64,000 nt of DNA from an uncultured Candidatus Binatia bacterium (lineage in GTDB: Bacteria > Desulfobacterota > Binatia > Bin18), in the NCBI GenBank assembly GCA_965214605.1, contig OZ243961.1, positions 2,624,001 through 2,688,000 of the forward strand, given 5' to 3'. The notes beneath the pieces are model-generated. The model saw nothing but the letters and a program-made list of their open reading frames with translations, searched no databases and had not been told where the DNA came from. Of this stretch, positions 28,170 to 37,454 are shown in pieces (positions within the stretch are counted from its first letter, which is position 1; every line of letters begins with the position of its first letter). The translations under genes and the position numbers were made by a program.

Positions 28170-30101
28170 CTAATAATAATAGCCTCGGAGGCGAAGGCCG
28201 GTAGTCGGCTGCTCACGATTTTCGGCCAGCGGTATGCTTGTGGCATCGGTCAGCCGGGCGGTGACAACGATGATGAGTTCGGTGGCGTTGGAGCGGACCG
28301 AACGGCTGCCGAATAGTAGATTGACGAAGGGAATGTCTTTGAGAAGCGGCATGCCGGATTCGCGCGATTCGCTCTGGTCACGGTACAGGCCGGCGATGAC
28401 GATGGACTCGCCGTTCCCGACCTCAACGGTGGTCTCGGCCCGCCGGCCGTCAATGACCGGAATATCCAGCCCTTCGGCCCGGAGCGATTCGGTCTCGGAG
28501 CGTTGCGAGACCTCGGAACGGACGGTCAGGACGATCCGTCCGGCGTTTACCACGGTCGGCACGAAGTCGAGCAGTACGCCGAATTTCTTGTAGACGAAGG
28601 TAATCGCGCCGTCCCTAAAGCCGGCCGGAAGCGGAAACTCGCCGCCGGAAAAAAAGCTGGCGGTTTCGCCGGAGATGGCGGTCAGGCTGGGCCGGGCCAG
28701 AATGCTGACGAGGCCGGCGGTGGCCAGGGCGTCAAGCAGAGCGGTGACCCGGGTGCCGTTAATGAACTGGCTTGTGCCCAGGGCGACGGCTTCGCCGCCG
28801 GGTAGAATAGCCCGTACGAGCGTGCCGGTCTCCTCGTCAATAAAGTTGAAGCGGCCGATCTGGAAGCCGGTGAAGCCTCCCGGTCGGTGGGGTTCGATAG
28901 CTTCCCAGTTGATGCCCAGGGCTTCACTGACGCTGCGGCTCATCTCGGCGATCTGGACCTCAAGGTTGACCTGTTGTGCGCCCGAGACGACGAGTCGGTT
29001 GGTGACCGGAACCTCGTCGGGCAGGGCGGCCGCGGCCAGCCGGACGGCTAGGTCGGCCTGGGCTGAGGAGGTCACCTCGCCGCTGAGTTCAACCCCTTTG
29101 CTGAGCTGGCGTACACTGACATCCTTGAGTTCTTGTGTGCCTTCCAGGGCGCTCTGTACCGGGCCGACATCAATCACGGTGGCCACGGTCCAGGCGGCGA
29201 TCATCTCGCCGGCGGCGTCAAGTGCGGCGACTGAGGTACGGCCAATGGCTTTGCCGACAAGGTGGAGGATGCTGGGGGAGACGAGACTAACGTCGGCGAT
29301 GTCGGGATCACCGACAAAAATGGATCCGGCCGTGGTGTCAAGGCGGAGGAGGTGGCTATGGCCGAGGGGTAGGGTGAGGAGGGGGGCGGAAGGGGGCGAT
29401 TGTAGACGAGTGGCAGTGGGCTGGGCTGGTTGCGCCGGGGTCTGGGAAATCTGGGGCGGTTGTGGGTTTGGCCGGGCGGTTTGCCTCTCTCCTTGATCCT
29501 CTCTCTGGGGGAGCAGAACAGGGGCTTGAGAGTGGGTTTTTGCAGTCTGTTCTTCCTCCTGGGTTGACCGCTCACTGGTCATGGGTCCCTTGTTTTTTTG
29601 CATGTCGAGCACGATCTTGGTCATGCTGCCCTGGCGTAGAGGGAAGGTGTGCAGGTGGTAGTCGCCGGTGAGGGTAGCGGTGAGGGTGCGGCCGTCAGGA
29701 GCAAGGACGACTTCGCTAATGTATGCGCCGAGGTACTGTCGGACCTGCTCAAGACTGGTGTTCATCCGGCGATCGAACTCCACGGTCAGGAGTCTGTCGT
29801 CTATGCCGGCGGTGTAGCCGACGGCTTGAGGCCAGTCAAAGACGATGCGGCCGTAGTCGTCATGCGCCCAGGCACGGATGATGACCTGCTCGGCGGTCTG
29901 TCTCTCTCTCCGGCCCTCCTCCTCAAGGGAGGGAGGGACTGCTTGTGGCTGATCGGTCGATCCGAGGTCTGCCGGCTGAGCGCAAGCGGGTCTGTCGCCC
30001 CCCACCGATAGCGAAAGGGCGACAAGGGTTCCGCATGTGAGCTTGAGTATTGGCTGTAGCGCATCAAACACTGTGCCTGAGTACCCTACAGCCTGAAACA
30101 C
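28170..30101 (-). CDS. rcpA: Tad secretin CpaC/RcpA with extra N-terminal domain
   Basis: IFVGDPDIADV, BON-like region, QVNLEVQIAEMSR, SGETASFFSGGEFP, LKDIPFVNLLF; exact start uncertain. Confidence 0.9.
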   Translation of the reverse strand: MFQAVGYSGTVFDALQPILKLTCGTLVALSLSVGGDRPACAQPADLGSTDQPQAVPPSLEEEGRRERQTAEQVIIRAWAHDDYGRIVFDWPQAVGYTAGIDDRLLTVEFDRRMNTSLEQVRQYLGAYISEVVLAPDGRTLTATLTGDYHLHTFPLRQGSMTKIVLDMQKNKGPMTSERSTQEEEQTAKTHSQAPVLLPQREDQGERQTARPNPQPPQISQTPAQPAQPTATRLQSPPSAPLLTLPLGHSHLLRLDTTAGSIFVGDPDIADVSLVSPSILHLVGKAIGRTSVAALDAAGEMIAAWTVATVIDVGPVQSALEGTQELKDVSVRQLSKGVELSGEVTSSAQADLAVRLAAAALPDEVPVTNRLVVSGAQQVNLEVQIAEMSRSVSEALGINWEAIEPHRPGGFTGFQIGRFNFIDEETGTLVRAILPGGEAVALGTSQFINGTRVTALLDALATAGLVSILARPSLTAISGETASFFSGGEFPLPAGFRDGAITFVYKKFGVLLDFVPTVVNAGRIVLTVRSEVSQRSETESLRAEGLDIPVIDGRRAETTVEVGNGESIVIAGLYRDQSESRESGMPLLKDIPFVNLLFGSRSVRSNATELIIVVTARLTDATSIPLAENREQPTTGLRLRGYYY

Positions 30102-30149
30102 AATCAGGCAACGATGCCCGGATATCCGTGCCTAGACGCTTGGTTTCCA

Positions 30150-30179
30150 GCAGCACCAAATGGTATCATTTGGTGCTGC
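30150..30179. terminator. 13-bp hairpin between flp and rcpA (attenuator or mRNA stabiliser)
   Basis: GCAGCACCAAATG-GTAT-CATTTGGTGCTGC perfect inverted repeat. Confidence 0.55.
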
Positions 30180-30248
30180 CACTGTCGGCAGTATCGGGAT
30201 TTAGATCAGAAGCAGTAGGGCAACGCGGTTTAATCGTTGCCGCCCCGA

Positions 30249-30485
30249 CTAGTCAGCAGTATCGGGCCCTAGATCAGTAACAGTAGGTGCCGTGATATCG
30301 ACCGTCCCCAGACTCTCCCCTATGTTGTCTAGCAGAAGATCCATATCTTCGACAAATGTCGCCACCCCTGCTCCTATGCCCGCAACGACTACTCCCGTCA
30401 GAATCGCGTATTCGATGGCAGAGACGGCTTTGGTGTTGCGCAGATAGTGGCGGAATTCCTTCGTGTAGTGTCTGAGTGTAGTCAT
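30249..30485 (-). CDS. flp: Flp family type IVc pilin
   Basis: 78 aa; basic leader, then VSAIEYAILTGVVVAGI; strong AGGAG RBS. Confidence 0.85.
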   Translation of the reverse strand: MTTLRHYTKEFRHYLRNTKAVSAIEYAILTGVVVAGIGAGVATFVEDMDLLLDNIGESLGTVDITAPTVTDLGPDTAD

Positions 30486-30622
30486 GGTCTTTCTCCTTTC
30501 CTGGAGGGTTAAGGTTTATCGTATCGTACGGCTGGGTTGCATTTCCAATGGCATTCAGTGCATGGAGTCCTCCTGATCGGTTTGGGCTGGTAGTTGTCCC
30601 GTTTGTTGTTCATGGCTCTGTT

Positions 30623-32170
30623 CTAGTAGATACGACGGAAGCGCTTCAGCTGTCGGCCGATTTTGCGAAAGGCTTCTTCTAGTTCCTCGTTCGTGGTGTT
30701 ATTGATAAAAACATAAGTGCCCTCCGGGTCGTCGGCTTGACTTGAGCACCGCTCTAGGTGAACCCCCAAATTGTCGTCTGGATTCTTGTCGTCTGCTATC
30801 CGGCTTGGGTCCATAGCCGCAATGGTAAACACCTTGATGCCGGCGGCCTTGGCTTCGCTACACGCCCTTTGTCGATGTGCCACCACAGTCTTACGAAGGA
30901 GATGGCTGTCATCGCCGTCAGTAAGCAGGATGAGGGCTTTCTGGACGTGTCGTCGTGCCGACGGGTCTATGGGGTGAATCTGGTCGCCCCACACGGATCG
31001 CCAGGCAGGTGCCAGCAGCCGGTGTCCCCAAACCACGCCGAGTGTCGAATAGGTGGCCGCCCCACCCGGACCGAGTCCCCGGATTGCGGCCTTGATTGTG
31101 TTGGTATCGGTTGTCAGTGGTATAATTGGGGGGAGGGTGCAGTCGTACTGGGGAGTTTCGAATCTGAATCGACTCTTATCAATATTGTTGGGGTTGCTAT
31201 AGCACACGTCCCGTGGTTTATGGTCCACATGACACTCGAAATTAACGCTATGGTCTTTTGGATAGTTTATAGTTGGGGAATAAAACCCCATCATAAATGG
31301 CGCCTGCGTAGGTAGCACCGTTGAAAGGCCAGGCGGAGTCGTACCGATCGGTAGGGGGAGTTCAGGAATAGTACGCTGGTCGGGACAGCCTTGCCACTCC
31401 TCATCCGGTGCCGGGAGCATATGCGTTTCGCCGGTGGTGCTGTCCGGGTAGGGGTTGGGGTAGTAGCGCTCGGTCGGGTAGAAGGCCCAGCCGTTGTCTT
31501 CCCAACGCTGCGCCATCGCGGAGTCGAAACGCACGCGGTAGTGCCAGGGAACCAGTCCGATGGCAGCCGAATCGTCGCTGCCGTTGTTCAAGAGGTCGAC
31601 CAGCTCCAGGGCGGCCCGCTTCACAATAGCCATCTTATTATCACTCGAACGGCGGCCCTGGAGATCATATGCCATTGAGCTGGTGGAATCAATCGCCAGG
31701 GCGACCTCGGTCAGCCTGTTGATCTGCTCAAAGCCACTGCGGGCCGCGGACGCGGTATCCAGGTCGTCCCACAGCCATCTTCCAAAGACGACCCCGCCGA
31801 GATCCGCTTGGGCTCGGACGCCGGCCGTGCCTGCGGTGCAGTCGTGGGTGATGGCGATCTCTAGGGTTTCGTTGGCTTTGGCACGTTTGCCCTCGGGCAG
31901 GTTGGCCAGGATGTAGCGTCTGGCTATTGGTTGTAGGACGGTGTTGATCTGGGCGTTGGTCATGGTATTGCAGTTGAAATCGTCCAGGGTGTTCATCAGA
32001 GCAACGCCGGCTGAGTCGGAGGCGACCTGGAGGAGGTCACGCTGGTAGGTCAGATGGTGGTGGTCGCCGACGAGGGCGATGCCGGCCAGGCTCATTAGGG
32101 TCAACATGACCGCGCTGATGGCGGTGCCGGCAGCGTGGGTGTTGTACAGAAATTTTCTGAAGAGTGTCAC
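30623..32170 (-). CDS. tadG: TadG-like pseudopilin/adhesin with VWA domain
   Basis: N-terminal TM, LQVASDSA, MIDAS DSTSSM, LLTDG, GIKVFTI. Confidence 0.85.
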   Translation of the reverse strand: MTLFRKFLYNTHAAGTAISAVMLTLMSLAGIALVGDHHHLTYQRDLLQVASDSAGVALMNTLDDFNCNTMTNAQINTVLQPIARRYILANLPEGKRAKANETLEIAITHDCTAGTAGVRAQADLGGVVFGRWLWDDLDTASAARSGFEQINRLTEVALAIDSTSSMAYDLQGRRSSDNKMAIVKRAALELVDLLNNGSDDSAAIGLVPWHYRVRFDSAMAQRWEDNGWAFYPTERYYPNPYPDSTTGETHMLPAPDEEWQGCPDQRTIPELPLPIGTTPPGLSTVLPTQAPFMMGFYSPTINYPKDHSVNFECHVDHKPRDVCYSNPNNIDKSRFRFETPQYDCTLPPIIPLTTDTNTIKAAIRGLGPGGAATYSTLGVVWGHRLLAPAWRSVWGDQIHPIDPSARRHVQKALILLTDGDDSHLLRKTVVAHRQRACSEAKAAGIKVFTIAAMDPSRIADDKNPDDNLGVHLERCSSQADDPEGTYVFINNTTNEELEEAFRKIGRQLKRFRRIY

Positions 32171-32218
32171 CTGGGTGTGTTTTTCTTCTATTTGCCCTCT
32201 CTCCTCAGGGAGAGAGGA

Positions 32219-32758
32219 TCATACCGGGGCCGGAGGCACGGTGTCGACGCGGACCGGCAGGATGTGGTGCTGGTAAACGAAGTCGTCGTCCTGGCGGATG
32301 CACACTTCGGCGACGATGACGACTTCGCCGGCCTGTATCGCCAATTCGGTTGGCAGGACGGCGTCGGTCCCGGTATTGCCAACTTTGCCACAGTTCGCAA
32401 TGTCGTCGTCGCTGGCGGCGTTTGTGCCGAATAAATCTTGTCTGGCCCACAGTACGGTGGGAGCGTCGTTTCCCGATGCTTTTTGGACCGCTGAAGTCAC
32501 GAAGGCGGCGAGCGAAGGGCTGATCTGGTGGTTGTACAGATACTGGCTCAGGTCTCTGATGTAGTTGGCAACCGGCATGGCTTCCTGGCTGACGTATTCG
32601 GCCATGGTGACTGCGGAGTGGGCGGTCCTGGCCTGGGCGGTGGACAGCCGGTACAAGTCAAGGGTGAGAACGGAAGCGGTAAGCAGGACCACCGTGCCAA
32701 GGGCGCATTCAAGGGCGGCCGAACCGCTGTCCGATGTGCCGAAGGAGCTTCTTTTCAT
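32219..32758 (-). CDS. TadF/TadE-like pseudopilin
   Basis: GSAALE followed by a hydrophobic helix; VIVAEV. Confidence 0.75.
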   Translation of the reverse strand: MKRSSFGTSDSGSAALECALGTVVLLTASVLTLDLYRLSTAQARTAHSAVTMAEYVSQEAMPVANYIRDLSQYLYNHQISPSLAAFVTSAVQKASGNDAPTVLWARQDLFGTNAASDDDIANCGKVGNTGTDAVLPTELAIQAGEVVIVAEVCIRQDDDFVYQHHILPVRVDTVPPAPV

Positions 32759-33321
32759 CAGGCGTCCTCCCAGAGACGTTCGTTGCGCATGACTGTCATG
32801 ACGGTCAGGCCCCTCTCGTCGACGAGGCGCCGTTGGGCCCAGGCCAGGACGGCCGTTTGCGGCTTCAGGGTCATCGCGACGACTACGATGTCTTTGGCGT
32901 CGCCACCGAGGTTCGCGTTCTCGCCCTGCGACAAATTGCCGGCCAGCATATCGGACGGGTTGTCGTAAACCCTAACCTGAATGGTGAGGCAGAAGTCGGC
33001 TAGGGCTTCGTCGCCTTCCGGATCGGTGCATTTCCCGTCAGCGCTGTCCGCTAGCTTGAAGCTGATCCTGTTGCCGATCTCGGCCGCGATTGCCTCCAGG
33101 CATTGAGTTCGCATGACCGCCTCATTGGGGGCCGCGGTGTCTGACAGGGCGTTGTGACGGGCCACCCGGTTGGCCGCCCGCTGAAGCAGGTCACCGACAA
33201 GCAGGGTGCTCGCAATCTCGAACACACCGGCCAGGGAGACGGTGAGAAAAGAGGCTGCCAGACAGCTTTCAAGCGCGACCGCCGCCCGTTGAGAAGCCAG
33301 AAATCGCTTTATTCCGAACAT
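32758..33321 (-). CDS. TadE-like pseudopilin
   Basis: AAVALE plus hydrophobic helix, LQRAANRVAR, GGDAKDIVV, MRNE. Confidence 0.75.
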   Translation of the reverse strand: MFGIKRFLASQRAAVALESCLAASFLTVSLAGVFEIASTLLVGDLLQRAANRVARHNALSDTAAPNEAVMRTQCLEAIAAEIGNRISFKLADSADGKCTDPEGDEALADFCLTIQVRVYDNPSDMLAGNLSQGENANLGGDAKDIVVVAMTLKPQTAVLAWAQRRLVDERGLTVMTVMRNERLWEDA

Positions 33322-33338
33322 GGTTGCGGTTCTCTTTA

Positions 33339-35216
33339 CTATTCGTGGCGGTCCAACCCGGACTCTGTTCTGGTAGACAGCGTAATTCGTACCATTGTTC
33401 CCTGGCCTGGCAATGAGTTCACCGCGATGCTTCCGCCGTATTTCTGGGCAAGATACTGGGCCAAGGTGAGTCCCATCCCCATTGCATCCTCTCTCGACGT
33501 ATAGAAGGGGCTGAAGACCTTCTTGCGGTTCTCGGGTGTAATACCGATCCCGTTGTCGGTGATAGTGACCAAGATTTCTTCGCCCTCTTCTCTCGTCTCA
33601 AGCCGTATGACCCCTGTTTTTTTTCCTTTTTCTTGCACTGCCCACACGGCATTCTCAATAACATTTGTCAACAGCAGATATATTTCCGATCCGAGTGCCA
33701 ACATTTCTGGAATCGGGTTCAGCTCTTTGACGACTAGGGCCTGCGTCTCTGCCCCGGTGCTGTCCACTATCTCTCTGATGGGGCCATTGAGGTCGATTAG
33801 GGTGTAGGCCTCCTCATGTTTCTCGGAAAAAGCTGGCAGGCGGTTCGCAAGGGCGACAATATCCTCTGTCTGGGCGCGTATGCTCGATACCACTGCGGCT
33901 GCGGTTTTGATCTCTTCTTCGGCCGCGGTCTGCGGCTCTGCGGACTCGAACTCCTCTTCGGTTCGTTCCCGCTCGTCGCCCGCTCTCGGCATGGGCGTTA
34001 TTGCGGTGAGCAGCTTCTTTTGCATGTCGCCAAGGATGTCCATGCTGCTGTTGATTCGTTCGGCAACGGTCGTCAACAGCTTGGCTACGACCTCAAGTCC
34101 AACCCCGTGCAACGCGGTTTCGGTGGCTGGGGCCGGGCTCTTTCCACTGGCTTGCTCCTCGGCTTGGAGAAGGTCAGCAGTCAGCTTCACTAGTTCTTTG
34201 GCCCCTTCGGAGTGTTGCGCCGGTACGTCAGACGGCGGTACGGATGCGGACTCTTCTTCTTGACCGGCGTCCTTTTCGACGTTTGTCTGTTGTAGGAGTA
34301 CGGGGACGTTCGCCGGCGATACGGCCGTCACACCGGCGTCTGGGGCCGCAGCCACCCGCTCGGCATCCCGCCGTCTGCTCCCGGGTATTTGCAGGGCGAT
34401 GGCCAACCACATCACCCACAAGGCTCCTCCTGCTCCCAGTATGCCGCGTTCATAATAGCTGGCGAGTGTCTCTTTCTTGATTCTCTGGGATTCCAGATCG
34501 TTGATCAGGCTCTCTCCGAGGTCGCTCACTCTGCTTGAAGTAGCCTCTTGAAACGTTTCTTCTGTCGGTTCTCGTTTGTCGAGCAACACTTGTCCGTGGG
34601 CGACGAAATTCGCAATTGTTTTGGCGATATCCGGGTGGCGCGCAACGATGCTGTCCCCTAGCTCTTCCAGCGCTCTCCTCAGACGTTTTTTTTCCGGGGG
34701 AGCCGGGGTTGCGAGATAGGTGTTGATCTCGTCGGTGACGCTTGAAATGTTGCGGACAAACGCCGGCTCACCGCCTTCCTCCTGCACTTGCTGCATCACA
34801 CTCGCTGCGGCCAGCGGCAGATAGCGAAGGGAATTGCGCAGGACCGCATAGCCCATCTTGAAGCGCTCAATCCGTTCTTCTTTGGCGTCAAGGGCACTGA
34901 GATAGGCGTTGAGGTCGTTGCCCAGCTTCTCCGGGAGGTCGGGGATGCCCAGCATCGTCTCCAGCAGATCATCCTTGAGCCGCTCCATCCGGGGGATGAA
35001 GGTGATCAGTCCGTCAAAATCAGCCATTGAGTCGGCCCTGACCCGTGCGGTCTCAATACTCCATTGGGACTCGATCTGGCTGATCTGTCGAATGAGGGAA
35101 ATGGCGAGCTGGTAGTTTCCTTGCCTGATGCTGTTGGCCATCCAGTACAGCCCCGCCGCAATCGCGATGAGGGCTACTGAGAGGAAGACGCCAATGGTAA
35201 TGGATTTGGATTTCAT
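33339..35216 (-). CDS. DAHL-type periplasmic sensor with HATPase domain; no recognisable H-box His
   Basis: Two TM segments flanking a helical domain (KEERIERFK...VLRNSLRYLP, FVAHGQVLL); NVIENA, DNGIGI, FSPFYT, GMGLTL. Confidence 0.8.
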   Translation of the reverse strand: MKSKSITIGVFLSVALIAIAAGLYWMANSIRQGNYQLAISLIRQISQIESQWSIETARVRADSMADFDGLITFIPRMERLKDDLLETMLGIPDLPEKLGNDLNAYLSALDAKEERIERFKMGYAVLRNSLRYLPLAAASVMQQVQEEGGEPAFVRNISSVTDEINTYLATPAPPEKKRLRRALEELGDSIVARHPDIAKTIANFVAHGQVLLDKREPTEETFQEATSSRVSDLGESLINDLESQRIKKETLASYYERGILGAGGALWVMWLAIALQIPGSRRRDAERVAAAPDAGVTAVSPANVPVLLQQTNVEKDAGQEEESASVPPSDVPAQHSEGAKELVKLTADLLQAEEQASGKSPAPATETALHGVGLEVVAKLLTTVAERINSSMDILGDMQKKLLTAITPMPRAGDERERTEEEFESAEPQTAAEEEIKTAAAVVSSIRAQTEDIVALANRLPAFSEKHEEAYTLIDLNGPIREIVDSTGAETQALVVKELNPIPEMLALGSEIYLLLTNVIENAVWAVQEKGKKTGVIRLETREEGEEILVTITDNGIGITPENRKKVFSPFYTSREDAMGMGLTLAQYLAQKYGGSIAVNSLPGQGTMVRITLSTRTESGLDRHE

Positions 35217-35240
35217 GGTAATAATTCCCGAGCGGCAACC

Positions 35241-36467
35241 TTATCGCTGACCGGACTCCTCTCCCTTTTCGTAGCTGCGGACGTATGCTGAGTCAGCAGC
35301 AGGGCTCCCCCGAAATCTTCCCCCTTTGCCATAGCTTTTGCGGACATATGCTGAGCTATCAGCCGTAGGGAGACCTTGACGGGACTTTCCCCCTTTGCCG
35401 TAGCTTTTGCGGGAAGGCGTTTGGTCTCTTTCCTCTTCAGCTTGAGGGGCAGGAGTGTCGCTCCCAACAGTCTCTTGCGGCAATTCCGGCGCCAAGGTTT
35501 TGATAAACGTGACAATTGCGTCTTTGTGTTCACCCGGCGCTTCTCGTCCTAACTGAAACTCGAACATGGCATCGACCGCATCGCGCAAGGTCTCCGCGCT
35601 TCCGTCGTGAAGATAAGGGGCGGTATGGGCGGCCATCCGCAGGCTCGGCACCTTGAACGCATGGCGGTCGGCCTCGTTTCCCGTCACGTTGAAGCGCCCC
35701 AAGTCGGCGGTAGTGATGTTGCCCCGCTTTTTGAAGTAATCATTGATGACGCCGAACACCTGAAACATATTGCCGCCCACGGCTGCCCCCTGGTGGCATG
35801 ACACGCAGCCATAGCGTTTAAACAAGGCGTAGCCCCGTTTTTCCTGTCCGTTGAGGGCCGAGTCATCGCCTTTGAGCCAGCGGTCGAATCGACTGTCGGG
35901 CGTGGTCAGGGAACGCATAAATTGGGCAAGGGCGTCCTTGATGTTCTGGCGGTTAATGCTGTCTGGATAAATCTGCTGGAACAGTCCGGGATAGTCTTCG
36001 TCCTGGAAGAGTTTGCTTACGACATCCGGCCAGATACTTCCCATCTCAATAGGGCTCTGTATCGGTCCATCGACCTGCTCTTCGAGCGTATGGGCGCGCC
36101 CGTCCCAGAACTGTTTGAAGTTGAAACCGGAGTTGAACACGGTCGGCGCGTTCACTACGCTGGACTGTCCCTCAACCCCGACAGAAAGGGTCAGTCCGTC
36201 ATCCCCGCCGGAACTGAGATCGTGGCAACTTGCGCACGAGACGGAGTTGTCTTTCGATAATCTCGTGTCGTGGAACAACCGCCTTCCCAGCTCTACTTTC
36301 GCTGCGTCCACCTCGACCTCCGGCGGAACCGGCCTGATTGGCTCTGCGGCGTCTGTCCGGGGAAGAAGGGAGAATACGCAGACGATGGCGACTACTCCCA
36401 TCCCTGTCAGCCGATGGCCTAGCGCCCAGCCGACTATTCGGGTTGCGCTCTTTTGAGTGATCTTCAT
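35241..36467 (-). CDS. Di-haem cytochrome c peroxidase family protein
   Basis: LGRRLFHDTRLS, CASCH, FWDGRA, PIEMG, CVSCH, FKVPSLR, PYLHDG. Confidence 0.9.
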   Translation of the reverse strand: MKITQKSATRIVGWALGHRLTGMGVVAIVCVFSLLPRTDAAEPIRPVPPEVEVDAAKVELGRRLFHDTRLSKDNSVSCASCHDLSSGGDDGLTLSVGVEGQSSVVNAPTVFNSGFNFKQFWDGRAHTLEEQVDGPIQSPIEMGSIWPDVVSKLFQDEDYPGLFQQIYPDSINRQNIKDALAQFMRSLTTPDSRFDRWLKGDDSALNGQEKRGYALFKRYGCVSCHQGAAVGGNMFQVFGVINDYFKKRGNITTADLGRFNVTGNEADRHAFKVPSLRMAAHTAPYLHDGSAETLRDAVDAMFEFQLGREAPGEHKDAIVTFIKTLAPELPQETVGSDTPAPQAEEERDQTPSRKSYGKGGKSRQGLPTADSSAYVRKSYGKGGRFRGSPAADSAYVRSYEKGEESGQR

Positions 36468-37210
36468 GGTTCCTTCGTGTCGTCCTGCTGGGTCTCGCTG
36501 TTTTCGATGAGCCGCATCAGTTCGGCTCTGTCGCCCTCTCCCCAGTAGGAGACGTTGTGATTGGAATAGAGCTTCCTTGCTTCCTCAGTGCGTCCTGCCT
36601 CGACGAGCATCCGCACCAGATTAGCGGTGATCGTAGGATGCGGGGCCGATGCCAGCGCCTCGTCGTAATACTCTTTCGCCCGCACGTAATCGCCCTCAAG
36701 GCTTGCCACTACGGCCAGACCGTTGGCCGCCCAGGACGCCACGGCGCCATCGGCCAGCTCGGCGGCGGCGAGGAAGTGGGTCTTGGCCTGAGCAAGGTCT
36801 TCGCGCCCCAGGCTAGCCCGCCCGGCGCCGAGCAGCGCTTCGGCCTTCATGGCCGGCTGTGTCGCCAAGGTGCCTGCTTTGGCGAACAGCGCGTCAGCCG
36901 CGTCAAAGTCCCCCGACTGCAAGGCCATATAGGCGAGCCCAAGTTTCGGCTCAGGCGCGCTCGGGAAGCTGCGGGAAAGATTTTCGTACAGCCGCCCTGC
37001 GGCAACCGGCTGGCCGGTTTCAATCGCCGCCGCAGATACCTCTAGACTGCTCTGTAATACCTGTTGTTGGGCTGGACTGAGCCGGCCTTGTTCGTTCCCG
37101 CCCGGGAGCTGACTGCAAGCGCTCAGGGACGCTACAAGGACTGCTGCCGTCCAGCTGCAATCATCAAAGCTCATAAGAGTCCTACAACCAATGTAAGTAT
37201 ATGCATACAT
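36464..37210 (-). CDS. tadD: TadD-like TPR lipoprotein (pilotin)
   Basis: Lipobox LSAC and TPR-like repeats (NGLAVVASLEGDYVRA); start uncertain; stop overlaps the peroxidase ATG. Confidence 0.7.
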   Translation of the reverse strand: MYAYTYIGCRTLMSFDDCSWTAAVLVASLSACSQLPGGNEQGRLSPAQQQVLQSSLEVSAAAIETGQPVAAGRLYENLSRSFPSAPEPKLGLAYMALQSGDFDAADALFAKAGTLATQPAMKAEALLGAGRASLGREDLAQAKTHFLAAAELADGAVASWAANGLAVVASLEGDYVRAKEYYDEALASAPHPTITANLVRMLVEAGRTEEARKLYSNHNVSYWGEGDRAELMRLIENSETQQDDTKEP

Positions 37211-37315
37211 GCAGATTGTCTGTCAAGTATTTTTTGGAGCTTGTGATAAAAAAGTTCAGAAATAACACGATCTTAACTGATTGATATGAGAATATTTTCT
37301 GATGGAAATAAATTT

Positions 37316-37382
37316 TTCTACTCAAGCAGAGACCTCTTGCATACATGCTGCATGTATGCAAGAGGTCTCTGCTTGAGTAGAA
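37316..37382. repeat. Perfect 67-bp palindrome (33-bp arms, 1-nt centre) in the tadD/tetR divergent promoter
   Basis: TTCTACTCAAGCAGAGACCTCTTGCATACATGC-T-GCATGTATGCAAGAGGTCTCTGCTTGAGTAGAA. Confidence 0.9.
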
Positions 37383-37408
37383 GGGTATTGGGGAAAGATC
37401 GGATGTAT

Positions 37409-37445
37409 TAAGGTTGTCTGCAGGTAAGGTTGTCTGCAGGTAAGG
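37409..37445 (+). repeat. 16-bp tandem duplication upstream of tetR
   Basis: TAAGGTTGTCTGCAGG x2 followed by TAAGG. Confidence 0.85.
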
Positions 37446-37454
37446 ATAAATCGT

